From Bacillota bacterium (GTDB taxonomy: Bacteria > Bacillota > Clostridia > Peptostreptococcales > Anaerovoracaceae): a DNA stretch of 46,057 bases. Under the pieces are notes generated by a model. It had not been told where the DNA came from, ran no database searches, and saw only the letters and a program-made list of their open reading frames with translations. How positions within the stretch are numbered: the first letter of the stretch is position 1; every line of letters starts with the position of its first letter. The stretch is from the NCBI GenBank assembly GCA_030529015.1, contig JAUMXT010000001.1, positions 1 to 46,057 of the forward strand, given 5' to 3'. Shown piece by piece: positions 20,155-29,767 of the stretch. The position numbers and the translations under genes are program-made.

Positions 20155-20342
20155 AAATCGTATCGTCCCTCTTCCAGCTTCTTCTCACACTGGTTTTCTC
20201 CATTGAGATGCCTGCAGTTTTCACATGATGTATAGTCACTCATGCTAAAAATATCGAAGTCATGCCTTCTGGCAAACTTCCTGCATCTCGAATACGTTAC
20301 ATTCATATTTTCACTTGCTCTGTCATCAAATGTGTTTCTCAT
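20151..20342 (-). CDS. Small four-Cys hypothetical protein (63 aa)
   Basis: GGAGG RBS before the ATG at 20342; stop overlaps the tsaD start (ATGA); C...CxxC...C pattern. Confidence 0.6.
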   Translation of the reverse strand: MRNTFDDRASENMNVTYSRCRKFARRHDFDIFSMSDYTSCENCRHLNGENQCEKKLEEGRYDL

Positions 20343-20418
20343 GTGCGCCTCCAACGACTAAACAGTTTTACTGCTATTATCATCAAAAGGTCACTGTATT
20401 ATTCCTCACATTTGTTCC

Positions 20419-20868
20419 TTATTCTTCATGTCTCCACATGATCAGAGCGTCTTCTTTATTGTTGGCATAATATTCTTTGCGAACGCCTTCTACTTCAAAC
20501 CCAAACTTAGAGTAGAGGTTTATCGCAGCCTCGTTTGATTTCCTCACTTCCAGGGTGTGATGCAGTATCCCCTGCTCGATAGTAAAATCCAACATCACCT
20601 GAATAATGCCGTTGCCTATATGCCTGTTACGGTATCCCGGCTTTACTGCCACATTTGTTATGTGGCCTTCATCGCCGATCCACCATAAGCCTGCATATCC
20701 GACCACCTTGCCGTCAAGCTCTGCAGCTATATAAAAGGCTCTGGGATTTTCGCTAAGCTCATATACCATTGAGTCCCTGCTCCATGGGTCCGGGAAGCAA
20801 AGCCTCTCTATCTCATATATGTCATCTACATCCCTGACCTCTGCCTGTCTTATGATAACATCTGCCAT
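20419..20868 (-). CDS. rimI: Ribosomal-protein-alanine N-acetyltransferase
   Basis: GNAT motifs: HITNVAV, YRNRHIG, LEVRKSN, AINLY. Confidence 0.92.
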   Translation of the reverse strand: MADVIIRQAEVRDVDDIYEIERLCFPDPWSRDSMVYELSENPRAFYIAAELDGKVVGYAGLWWIGDEGHITNVAVKPGYRNRHIGNGIIQVMLDFTIEQGILHHTLEVRKSNEAAINLYSKFGFEVEGVRKEYYANNKEDALIMWRHEE

Positions 20869-20872
20869 TATC

Positions 20873-21589
20873 TCAGCCTCTCTGTTGTTTTTCACGCAGC
20901 TTACGTTCCGCCTCTGCTATACGCATATATTCAGGCTCCACCTCATTATATGAAAGGCCGCCCTTTTCACCGAAGATTTTTATTCCGAGAATAGCCACAG
21001 TTACTGCGTCCTGATATCTTATGTCCAAAGAGCATGTCTCTGTTCCATTAGGTCTGATGGTTCGGATCTTCTCACCGTAAGTATCTACAGCGTCTCCCAT
21101 CAGAAATACCTTTTCATATTCTGATGCAGCTTCCAGAAACTCATCCAGCATATACGGACCTGCCTTTATCGCTTCCTTTAGAGAGCCGCTTTCTAAAACA
21201 TATCCGCCTGCATATACCTGGCTTCTTCTGGCATCCAGCATTGGACAGATCAACACGCCCTGCGCCTTTGCATCTTTCTCAGCTCGAAGAGCGAGAGCCT
21301 CAAGGCTTGATACTGCAACGCATGGAATGCCCAGCACCTGTGACAGTGCTCTTGCAGAAGATACGCCTATTCTGATTCCTGTGAATGATCCCGGGCCGTT
21401 TGATACTGCTATCAGCTCGATATCGCCTAATGACAATCCGTTTCCTTTTACTACAGTCTCCACCTGCGGCATTAGATTCTGAAGGTGTGAGAATCTATCG
21501 TTTCCGCTGACGTGCCCTATTAATTTGTCGTCTTTCATCAGGGCTACAGATGCATATGCGCCCGTAGTCTCTATAGCTAAAACATACAT
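20873..21589 (-). CDS. tsaB: t6A complex subunit TsaB
   Basis: LAIETT, GPGSFTGIRIG, DARR. Confidence 0.95.
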   Translation of the reverse strand: MYVLAIETTGAYASVALMKDDKLIGHVSGNDRFSHLQNLMPQVETVVKGNGLSLGDIELIAVSNGPGSFTGIRIGVSSARALSQVLGIPCVAVSSLEALALRAEKDAKAQGVLICPMLDARRSQVYAGGYVLESGSLKEAIKAGPYMLDEFLEAASEYEKVFLMGDAVDTYGEKIRTIRPNGTETCSLDIRYQDAVTVAILGIKIFGEKGGLSYNEVEPEYMRIAEAERKLREKQQRG

Positions 21590-22002
21590 TTATATATTCT
21601 TTCTCCTTCTTTTTCTCCGTACTCTATTTGGATCCAAAGGGTATCCTCAGGCATAATATCCTCGATAAGATCTGCCCACTCTACAACGCATACGCCTTCG
21701 CCGTAAAAATACTCTTCATATCCAAGCTCATACATTTCATCTATGTCGCCTATTCGATAAACATCGAAATGATAAAGCGGAAGTCTGCCTTGTTCGTACT
21801 CTTTGACTATAGTAAATGTAGGGCTTGTGATCACGTCTTCGATCTCCAGGCCTTTGGCTATAGATTTAGTAAGAGTCGTTTTCCCCGCACCAAGATCGCC
21901 GGTGAGTGCGATTACTGTTCCCGGTTTAGCTTTCTCGGCCAATTCTATTCCGAAGCTTATTGTGTCAGCTTCATTTTTCATGTAAATAATTTTTTCTTCC
22001 AT
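21577..22002 (-). CDS. tsaE: t6A complex ATPase TsaE
   Basis: GDLGAGKT, SPTF, HFDVYR, VEW. Confidence 0.96.
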   Translation of the reverse strand: MEEKIIYMKNEADTISFGIELAEKAKPGTVIALTGDLGAGKTTLTKSIAKGLEIEDVITSPTFTIVKEYEQGRLPLYHFDVYRIGDIDEMYELGYEEYFYGEGVCVVEWADLIEDIMPEDTLWIQIEYGEKEGERIYKCMF

Positions 22003-22030
22003 AACCTATTTAGTATACCTCACAACTAAC

Positions 22031-22072
22031 AAAAAAACAACACTCCGACCCTGCTGGAGGTCGGAGCGTTTG
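22031..22072 (-). terminator. Intrinsic terminator after the ECF S-component gene
   Basis: CTCCGACC...GGTCGGAG stem followed by a T-rich tail on the minus strand. Confidence 0.7.
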
Positions 22073-22131
22073 TCGTTTAGGAGCTTTTATATGTTCTTTT
22101 CATTATTATCTGATTGTGATGTAAGCCTTCT

Positions 22132-22698
22132 CTATCTGTGAAGGAAGCCTGAGATTCTCTTGTAAAGCAGGAATGTGATGATAGCGTTTACGCCCGCCTT
22201 GATTCCGTTGAATGCTGCGATGAACGGCATCAGATCCCATACTACTGCTCTTGGAACGCCCATGAACAGTGGAGTGATAACAAGGTTGGCACCTATCATA
22301 ACGATAACCCATGCGATAACGCCGCATACGAGACCGATAACTGCGCCTTTTCTTGTTTTATTGCTGCGATATATTAAGCCTGCTACCAGTACCATTGTAC
22401 TTGTTGCGATGATGTGCATCAGGATGCCGTATACACCGCTGGCAGCACTTACAGTAACGCCCTGGATAACTGATGTAACGATTGTAAGCAGTAAACCTGC
22501 AACAGGTCCGAATGCAAATGTTCCGATAAGGATAGGAATATCTGCAGGGTCATATTCCAGGAATGCAACTGCCGGGAAGATTGGGAAGTGTATGAAATAC
22601 ACCAGTACGATGGATACCGCTACCAGCATTCCCATCTTTGCCAGTTTCACAGTGCTGTTTTGCTTCTTTTCTACGTTGATGTTGTTGTTTTCGGTCAT
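22132..22698 (-). CDS. ribU: ECF transporter S component, riboflavin (RibU-type)
   Basis: FPAVAFLEYDPADIP motif, about 6 TM segments, preceded by an FMN riboswitch; ATG at 22698 after GAGGAGG. Confidence 0.88.
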   Translation of the reverse strand: MTENNNINVEKKQNSTVKLAKMGMLVAVSIVLVYFIHFPIFPAVAFLEYDPADIPILIGTFAFGPVAGLLLTIVTSVIQGVTVSAASGVYGILMHIIATSTMVLVAGLIYRSNKTRKGAVIGLVCGVIAWVIVMIGANLVITPLFMGVPRAVVWDLMPFIAAFNGIKAGVNAIITFLLYKRISGFLHR

Positions 22699-22784
22699 TT
22701 CTTTTTCCTCCTCTGAATGATCCATTATTTTTTTAGAATCTGTCAGGAGCTTCAAGCCATACAAGAATGTCGGTTCGCAAGTAA

Positions 22785-22817
22785 TAAAAAAGCCCGGACA
22801 CAATGGTTCCGGGCTAA
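22785..22817 (-). terminator. Expression-platform terminator of the FMN riboswitch
   Basis: AGCCCGGA-N9-TCCGGGCT-TTTTT on the minus strand, between the aptamer and the CDS. Confidence 0.85.
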
Positions 22818-22864
22818 TAAAATACTCACACAAAAAATTCAATTGAATTTACTTGAAGTACTCT

Positions 22865-23008
22865 CGTTTCTTTCATCCGGACTATAACCGTCGGTACAGG
22901 ATTCACACCTGTTCAACCATCAGCTTACGCATCAGGCTCGCGGACTTACACAAATATTAGCTTCTTGTGATTACCGCCGGTGAGGACTTTCACCTCGCCC
23001 TGAAACAG
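22865..23008 (-). ncRNA. FMN riboswitch (RFN element)
   Basis: Minus strand reads TTCAGGGCGAGGTGAAAGTCCTCACCGGCGGT...AGTCCGCGA...GTGTGAATCC..ACCGACGGTTATAGTCCGGATGAAAGAA, the RFN consensus. Confidence 0.97.
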
Positions 23009-23026
23009 ATTTTCAATTATGGTTCT

Positions 23027-23055
23027 ATTATAGGTTGTTGAATATGTTATGTCAA
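23027..23055 (-). promoter_or_regulatory. SigA promoter of FMN riboswitch-ribU
   Basis: Perfect TTGACA-N17-TATAAT on the minus strand. Confidence 0.9.
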
Positions 23056-23294
23056 GAATAAACTTGGTCGTTTCGGTGGTCGTTTCCCACGGTTGCCTGT
23101 TTTCGAGCTGCTTTTAGGGAGTTTTTTACTATTTTCTCCCCAAAACATAGTTTTCCTTTTAGCCATTCTCGCTTGCTATTAATGTATTTTTTTATACGGG
23201 AGTTTCTATCGATATCATCCCATAAAACGCACTTTACAATCCCAATCCAGAAAGTCCTACTAAAAATTCCCCTTTAACCCGAAAAAGTCCTGCC

Positions 23295-23329
23295 AAAAAA
23301 ATACCCGAAGCGACTTCCGCCGCTTCGGG
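23295..23329 (-). terminator. Intrinsic terminator ending the lysine-fermentation operon
   Basis: CCCGAAGCG-N8-CGCTTCGGG followed by TATTTTTTT on the minus strand. Confidence 0.8.
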
Positions 23330-23416
23330 ATCTTATATAGGTGTTTTCTGTCGCCTATACTTATTACAATTTAGTCGCCATACGGATCAGACTTTCCGGT
23401 CGTCCGGTAATTCAGG

Positions 23417-24064
23417 TTATTCCTGCATTGCCTTCAGGTCAGGGCTTACGATCAGTTCGCAGCCTGTAGCTTCCTTGATTTCATCCAGTGTGAAGTCAGG
23501 ATGCAGTTCTGTCAGAACGATACCTTCTTCTCTAACTTCCATAACACCCATTTCTGTGATGATCATGTCAACACAGTTGATAGCAGTGTATGGCAGCTTG
23601 CATTCATCAAGGATCTTATGCTTACCCTTCTGAGTATGCAGCATAGCTACGATTACTTTCTTAGCTCCTACTACAAGGTCCATAGCTCCGCCCATGCCCG
23701 GAACCATCTTTCCCGGGATGATCCAGTTGGACAGGTTGCCGTGCTTATCTACTTCGAGAGCTCCCAGAATAGTAGCATCTACGTGTCCGCCTCTGATGAT
23801 ACCGAATGAAGTAGCACTGTCAAAGAACATGCCGCCTTCATTGATAGTAACATACTGTGCGCCTGCATTTACTACGTCAACGTCAGGAGTTTCAGGTGAT
23901 GGTCCCATGCCCATAATGCCGTTTTCTGACTGGAGGATGATATTTACTCCTTCAGGAAGGTTGTCTGCAACCATAGTCGGCAGGCCGATACCTAAATTTA
24001 CTACGTCGCCATCATGTAATTCCATAGCGACTCTCTTTGCAATTCTTGTCTTTAAATCTGCCAT
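23417..24064 (-). CDS. atoA: Butyrate-acetoacetate CoA-transferase beta subunit
   Basis: NLGIGLP, SENG (catalytic Glu), GMGGAMDL. Confidence 0.92.
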   Translation of the reverse strand: MADLKTRIAKRVAMELHDGDVVNLGIGLPTMVADNLPEGVNIILQSENGIMGMGPSPETPDVDVVNAGAQYVTINEGGMFFDSATSFGIIRGGHVDATILGALEVDKHGNLSNWIIPGKMVPGMGGAMDLVVGAKKVIVAMLHTQKGKHKILDECKLPYTAINCVDMIITEMGVMEVREEGIVLTELHPDFTLDEIKEATGCELIVSPDLKAMQE

Positions 24065-24732
24065 GGTTTTTCTCCTTCCACGATTCTGTCTACGAAGATT
24101 CCGGATGTTCTAACGTTGTTAGGATCGATTTCTCCGATTTCAACAACTTCGCATGCACCAACGATAACTGTTTCTGCCGCAGTTGCCATCATAGGATTGA
24201 ATGTCTGAGTAGTTCCGTTGTACATAGTATTACCGAACTTATCAGTTACAGATCCTCTGATCAGTGCGAAATCAGCATTCAGAGGTTCTTCCAGCAGATA
24301 ATCTCTGCCGCCTACATTGATAACCTGCTTACCTTCAGCAACGATAGTACCTACACCTGTTGGTGTGAGGAAGCCGCCGAGGCCTGCTCCGCCTGCTCTG
24401 ATTCTTTCAGCCAGTGTTCCCTGAGGAATCAGGATGCATTCCAGCTTATCTTCTTCAACATCTGTATTCATTCTCGCAGCAACTTCAGGATTAAGTCCTA
24501 CGTGTGATGCGATAAGAGTTTTGATCTGTCCGTTTGTCAGCAGCTTGCCTACGCCTCTTCCCGGAACACCTGCGTCGTTACAGATGATAGTAAGATCTTT
24601 AACGTTCTTTTCTACCAGTGCATCGATGAGAATTTCCGGAGTACCACAAGCCATGAAGCCGCCTACCATTATAACGGCACCGTCTTTGATATCCGCGATC
24701 GCTTCCTGAGCGGTCATCATTTTATCAGCCAT
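24052..24732 (-). CDS. atoD: Butyrate-acetoacetate CoA-transferase alpha subunit
   Basis: VGGFMACGTP, PQGTLAERIRAGGAG, TPTGVGT. Confidence 0.92.
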   Translation of the reverse strand: MADKMMTAQEAIADIKDGAVIMVGGFMACGTPEILIDALVEKNVKDLTIICNDAGVPGRGVGKLLTNGQIKTLIASHVGLNPEVAARMNTDVEEDKLECILIPQGTLAERIRAGGAGLGGFLTPTGVGTIVAEGKQVINVGGRDYLLEEPLNADFALIRGSVTDKFGNTMYNGTTQTFNPMMATAAETVIVGACEVVEIGEIDPNNVRTSGIFVDRIVEGEKPWQI

Positions 24733-24754
24733 TTGTTTCTCCTCCTTATACTGT

Positions 24755-25525
24755 TTAAATCATTTTTCTGTTAACGATTTCAGTTAACACAAATGATGCA
24801 ACATGTTCTGCATAAGTATGTGATCCGAAACCTGCATCATATCCCAGTTCCTGAGCCAGTTCGTGAGAAATTCTAGGTCCGCCGCATACCAGGATGACTT
24901 TATCTCTCAGACCTTCTGCTTCCAGAAGTTCAACCATGTTAGTCAGGTTAGCGATATGTACATCCTTCTGAGTAACTGTCTGTGATACCAGAATAGCGTC
25001 AGCATTTACTTCCTTAGCCTTCTGGATCAGTACTTCGTTAGGAACCTGGCTTCCCATATTGATAGCATTGATTCCTTCATATCTTTCAAGACCGAAATGT
25101 CCGTGGAAGCCCTTCATGTTCATGATAGCGTCGATACCTACTGTATGAGCATCTGTACCTGTTGAAGCACCTACGATAACAACTTCTCTCTTGATGTTGT
25201 CCTTGATATACTGAGCACATTCAAGTCTGTCCATAATATCCACTTCTACCTTAGTTACCTTGATAGTAGTGTAATCTACAGTGTGCTGACACTTACCGTA
25301 TACTACGAAGAAAGTGTAGCCGTCTGTCATGTTCTTTGAGTAAACAACGTTTGGTTCGTCAAGGCCCATTTTCTTAGCCAGGATCTTAGCTGCTTCGCTT
25401 CCTTCTTCACCGTAAGGCACAGGAAGTGTGAATGCCAGTTCAACCATACCGTCATTGAGTGTATCGCCATAAGGCTTTACCTTTGTCAGATCTACCTGAG
25501 CGATAGCTGTATTGCATGCAGTCAT
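24755..25525 (-). CDS. kamE: Lysine 5,6-aminomutase beta subunit (B12-binding)
   Basis: PYGDTLNDG, DAHTVG (DxHxxG), MKG PLP Lys, SQTVTQKDVH. Confidence 0.96.
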   Translation of the reverse strand: MTACNTAIAQVDLTKVKPYGDTLNDGMVELAFTLPVPYGEEGSEAAKILAKKMGLDEPNVVYSKNMTDGYTFFVVYGKCQHTVDYTTIKVTKVEVDIMDRLECAQYIKDNIKREVVIVGASTGTDAHTVGIDAIMNMKGFHGHFGLERYEGINAINMGSQVPNEVLIQKAKEVNADAILVSQTVTQKDVHIANLTNMVELLEAEGLRDKVILVCGGPRISHELAQELGYDAGFGSHTYAEHVASFVLTEIVNRKMI

Positions 25526-27081
25526 TATTTTGCACCTCCCAACATAAGCGGAATAAACGGATTGAAGTATTCGTCATCCTTAACACATACGCCTTCAAGG
25601 CCCTTTCCACCATCTCTAGGTCTCTTAACTCCACCGAACTTACCCTGTTCGATTGTTGAGAAGAGTCCTTCTTCTTCGATTACGTGGAGCAGCTTATCAG
25701 CTTCGGACAGAACGAACTGTGCTCTTTCCTGGATGATGCCGCCTTCCTTGAATTCTACTTCTGAACCGATGTCTCTCGCGTTGTTGAAGATGTACTGAGC
25801 ATTTTCGATGGAGAGATATCTGTCATGCATGTGTGGTGTATGGATAGCTTCTGTCAGCATTCCGAGAAGCTGCAGTGACTGTCCTGACCATACCGCGATC
25901 AGATTGAATAATGCATCCTGAATCTGTCCCTTGAAGATATTACCTGTCATGAACTTTGTAGGAGGCATGTATTTCAGATTAGCGTTAGGGAAAATTTCCT
26001 TAGCCATGATAGCCTGTGACAGTTCATAAAGGAATCCGTTTTCGATATCAGGATCCATTTCGAATGCGTGTCCGAGACCCATCTGTTCTTCCTTAACGTT
26101 TGCCAGAACTGCGAACTGTTCGTTAATGAACTGTGAAGCCAGTACTGTATGTGCAGCTTCATAAGCATCGTCTGTAGTCAGGTAGTTGTCTTCACCTGAG
26201 TTGAAGATGATGTCGCAGTATCCGATGATAACTCTTGAGAAGTACTGGTCTACCAGTGTTCTCTGCATGTTGATATCTCTGAACAGGATACCGTAAAGAG
26301 CGTCGTTAAGCATAACGTCCAGTCTTTCGAGTGCTCCCATTGCCGCGATTTCAGGCATGCACATTCCTGATGAGTAGTTACACAGTCTGATGTATCTGCC
26401 AACTTCTTCACCAACTTCGTCCAGAGCCTTTCTCATTATTCTAAAGTTTTCCTGAGTAGCATATGTTCCGCCGAAACCTTCAGTTGTTGGTCCGTAAGGA
26501 ACGTAGTCCAGCAGTGACTGAGCAGTAGTTCTGATAACCGCGATGATATCAGCACCCTGTCTTGCTGCAGCCTGCGCCTGTACAACGTCTTCGTAGATGT
26601 TACCTGTTGCTACGATTACGTACAGATAAGGCTTTCTGCCTTCGCCGATAGTCTCAAGATACTGGTTTCTCTTTTCTGTCTGCTGTCTGATTTTCTTCAG
26701 TGATTCTAATACTGTAGGCATGATCTTTTCTTCAGCTTCCTTGGCAGATGCCAGTGGCAGCTTAGTGATTTCCAGATTGCCTGCAGCCATTTCTTCAGCG
26801 ATCTCCTGAGGTGATTTACCTGTCTGGATCATTGCATTACCCATCCAGTATGCTACGCCTCTAGGAAGTCCGCCTGCATCCTTTATCTGGTCTACGACAA
26901 CGTTTGGCAGTGGTGTTTCAACTTCGTCGATACCATCAACGCCAAGAAGTCTTAAGATCGTTCTTTCTGTACTGACAGTTGTGTGCCTGTCGATGAACTC
27001 CTGCATGCTTTCAGCTATTCTTCCTGCGCAGGAGCGGGCACTGTCAATTACTTTCGGATCTAAGTTCAGTTTGCTTTTCAT
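25525..27081 (-). CDS. kamD: Lysine 5,6-aminomutase alpha subunit
   Basis: YVIVATGNIYED, IRTTAQSLLDY, YATQENF, KYMPPTK, EAIHTP. Confidence 0.96.
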   Translation of the reverse strand: MKSKLNLDPKVIDSARSCAGRIAESMQEFIDRHTTVSTERTILRLLGVDGIDEVETPLPNVVVDQIKDAGGLPRGVAYWMGNAMIQTGKSPQEIAEEMAAGNLEITKLPLASAKEAEEKIMPTVLESLKKIRQQTEKRNQYLETIGEGRKPYLYVIVATGNIYEDVVQAQAAARQGADIIAVIRTTAQSLLDYVPYGPTTEGFGGTYATQENFRIMRKALDEVGEEVGRYIRLCNYSSGMCMPEIAAMGALERLDVMLNDALYGILFRDINMQRTLVDQYFSRVIIGYCDIIFNSGEDNYLTTDDAYEAAHTVLASQFINEQFAVLANVKEEQMGLGHAFEMDPDIENGFLYELSQAIMAKEIFPNANLKYMPPTKFMTGNIFKGQIQDALFNLIAVWSGQSLQLLGMLTEAIHTPHMHDRYLSIENAQYIFNNARDIGSEVEFKEGGIIQERAQFVLSEADKLLHVIEEEGLFSTIEQGKFGGVKRPRDGGKGLEGVCVKDDEYFNPFIPLMLGGAK

Positions 27082-27099
27082 CCTGTTTCTCCTTTTTAC

Positions 27100-28734
27100 T
27101 TACTTGATATAATCCTTTGCTCTCTCTATTATGCTTTTATCTATGCCTAGCATCTTCGCTATATTAAGGGCATCCTTTGGAACCTGCCTGCTGCTTTCCA
27201 CGACTACGAGCCTGTAATCCATGTACTTGCCGATAACCTCTATTCGTTGACGCCTGTTGGCATATCTAATCTCTCTGTCCAGCTTAGTGAAGTCTGCTTC
27301 TGCCAGGCCTAGCACCTGCAGGTTCTTCACGTCCTTATCCTCAGTGACCGTTTCGAAATGAGTAGTCATTAAGGTTATATACGGTTGCTGTTTCAGATGA
27401 TCCACAAGACTTCTCGTCAGGGCTAATCCTTCCGCAGGGTTTGTACCGCTGGCGATTTCGTCTATGAGAAGCAAGGATCTTTCTTTACTGTTATCAAGGA
27501 TCTCCTTAAGCTCCTCCATTTCGCTGCCGAAGCTTGACAGCCCTCTTTCGATAGACTGACTGTCACCTATTAAAATCTGCATGTAGTTTGAAAGGCCGAC
27601 TCTGGCACTTTTGCACGGAACAAAGAATCCGTACTGAGCCAGGATCGAAACCATCCCCGCCAGCTTGAGAGAAATCGTCTTTCCTCCCATGTTGGCACCT
27701 GTGATACATGTAACACCATCTTTGAGGCTAATGCTGACCGGACAGTATACTCCCCCCTTGGTCTTAAGCACTTCCTCCAGCTGAAGATGTCGGCCATCTT
27801 CAAACTCCAAGATGTGTTCGTCCACGATCTCAGGCATCACGCAGTTATGTTTCTCAGCATACAGCGCTTTTGAAAGGGTCACATCAAGTCTGCCTATACG
27901 CAGACAGTTATCCAAAAGCACCGTTTCATACTTAGAAATCTCCTCCGACAGCTGTTCCCTTACGCTTAATTCTTCCTCTTCGATGTTGCTCATGAGCAGA
28001 TCGCACTCCTTCATGAGCCCCTCCACTTCCTCAGTGGCAACAAGCGCAAAGGTGACCGACATATAATCCTCGTCGGTCCGTGTCAATTCGGAAATCTCAT
28101 CAATCATTTTTATACTGTTTTGGTCGCTCTTTGATACCACTATTTCGAATTTCGGGGTAAGAGCCAAACCATATTTTTCTTTTACGAACTCTTTTCTGGC
28201 CTTTTGCTGTTTTCTTATTTCACGTTCTTTTTCTTTTTTCTCTCTTCGAAGCTCTCCGAGTTTCTCCGAAAAGCTATCGTAGATATAGAACGTGTTGAGT
28301 CTGTCGCCGCCGGGATCCAGCACATCCAAAAGTGCACCTGTATCCTCAAGCACAAACTCCTGCGGAAATCCCAGCTTTTCGTTGAGCTTCAGGATTTTTT
28401 CCATTTGCAAAAGCAGAGTTTTCAGTTCAAAAATTTCGACCACGGACAATACGGAGCTCGCTGCTCTTTCTATACTGAAGGTATTGTCCTTCATGACCAT
28501 AAAAGTCTCTTGAAGCGTTTCTATATCCTTCGGTGATTCCGATGCTATCTGCATCATGCATTCAACGCGCATAAGTTCTTCCCTCAGGGCTTCCTCCTGC
28601 CCCGGAAGAAACGGCTTGTGCGCTTTGATATATTTCACGCCAAACGGAGTCTGAATGTCGATGGCATTAACGACAAAATCAAGACCGGTCTCTCTCCTCG
28701 TCTTCATATTCGCAAGTCGTTTTACTATAGCCAT
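27100..28734 (-). CDS. kamC: MutS-like ATPase, lysine 5,6-aminomutase reactivase subunit KamC
   Basis: MutS domain V motifs (TGANMGGKT, LSSFGSE, DEIASGTNP, TTHF); position between kamB and kamD. Confidence 0.85.
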   Translation of the reverse strand: MAIVKRLANMKTRRETGLDFVVNAIDIQTPFGVKYIKAHKPFLPGQEEALREELMRVECMMQIASESPKDIETLQETFMVMKDNTFSIERAASSVLSVVEIFELKTLLLQMEKILKLNEKLGFPQEFVLEDTGALLDVLDPGGDRLNTFYIYDSFSEKLGELRREKKEKEREIRKQQKARKEFVKEKYGLALTPKFEIVVSKSDQNSIKMIDEISELTRTDEDYMSVTFALVATEEVEGLMKECDLLMSNIEEEELSVREQLSEEISKYETVLLDNCLRIGRLDVTLSKALYAEKHNCVMPEIVDEHILEFEDGRHLQLEEVLKTKGGVYCPVSISLKDGVTCITGANMGGKTISLKLAGMVSILAQYGFFVPCKSARVGLSNYMQILIGDSQSIERGLSSFGSEMEELKEILDNSKERSLLLIDEIASGTNPAEGLALTRSLVDHLKQQPYITLMTTHFETVTEDKDVKNLQVLGLAEADFTKLDREIRYANRRQRIEVIGKYMDYRLVVVESSRQVPKDALNIAKMLGIDKSIIERAKDYIK

Positions 28735-28747
28735 CTGCTGCTCCTCT

Positions 28748-29764
28748 CTAAATCATAACGTCTATCACCGGAATATCTGCGATTGCTTCCTGCATTCCTT
28801 TTAATAACGCCTCATGTTCGAATGCATATCCTCCGGGGGCTGTCGGATTGACGGTTATGGCTGCTACATTGATATTTTCAAGCACCTTCACCGTAAGACC
28901 GCGCTTTCTCAGCTGTCCCCATGAAACGGAGTCTATGAATATTTTCGTCGGGTCCTTAAGAACGAATGTTATCTTCTTAAGCTTCTTCGGGTTTATATCT
29001 GCCACGACGCTCTGTGTAAAAGCTCCCGGCACGAATATATACTCAGTGCTTTCATCGATTTGGCCGTCCAGGAATTTGCCTGCACCAAGACCTGTCGATC
29101 TATCAAGCATTCTCACCTGCCCATTACCAACGGTCATGAGTCTTTCCTCACCCAAATGTTCAAGTATTATGTCCTTATCCTTACCATCTTCCAGGCATGG
29201 CAGCCTATAAAGGCCGACGGTATGCGCCGTCTCTTCTATTACTTTTTTCATGCTTCTGGATAAAACCGCTCCTGTGGAAAGGATGATCGCATCGGACGTC
29301 CCCGGCGCTGCAATGGATTTTCGATCTATTGCTCCGTCTATCAGCACCAGTTCTGCACCCAGCTGAAGCATTTCCTCGCACATCTTTTCATGGCTGGCAT
29401 TTATTACGGGACCTGCTATCTGCACATATCCGCTGCTTACCACTCTGCAAAGCATTATTTGTCCTAAGGATGACCCGTAATCAGTCATCCTTAGGATCTC
29501 AAGACCTGCGTCTGCCAGTTCGTAAAGCTGTGTGGGCACCGATACGATGGTGTCCGCATCCAGAAATACCCTGGGTTTATCTGTGCCAGTTACCAGATCA
29601 GTGCTTTCACCGTCTCTTCCGGTAGATGTTATTCCCAAAACAATACCCTCGTCCATGGCTTCTTCTATAAGATAGTTAAGAGCCGTAGTCTTACCGGCAT
29701 TCTTGGCCATACCTACAATGGAAATCGTTTTATATTTTTGTGAAAGCTCTTCCAGTAAAAACAT
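28748..29764 (-). CDS. kamB: Lysine 5,6-aminomutase reactivase subunit KamB
   Basis: GMAKNAGKTT, TSTGRDGE, IDGAIDR; position after kamA. Confidence 0.82.
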   Translation of the reverse strand: MFLLEELSQKYKTISIVGMAKNAGKTTALNYLIEEAMDEGIVLGITSTGRDGESTDLVTGTDKPRVFLDADTIVSVPTQLYELADAGLEILRMTDYGSSLGQIMLCRVVSSGYVQIAGPVINASHEKMCEEMLQLGAELVLIDGAIDRKSIAAPGTSDAIILSTGAVLSRSMKKVIEETAHTVGLYRLPCLEDGKDKDIILEHLGEERLMTVGNGQVRMLDRSTGLGAGKFLDGQIDESTEYIFVPGAFTQSVVADINPKKLKKITFVLKDPTKIFIDSVSWGQLRKRGLTVKVLENINVAAITVNPTAPGGYAFEHEALLKGMQEAIADIPVIDVMI

Positions 29765-29767
29765 GGT

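Noticed and set aside
27100-28734. Mismatch-repair MutS or MutS2
   Set aside because: It lacks mismatch-binding and Smr domains, and its position in the kam cluster identifies it as the KamC reactivase ATPase.
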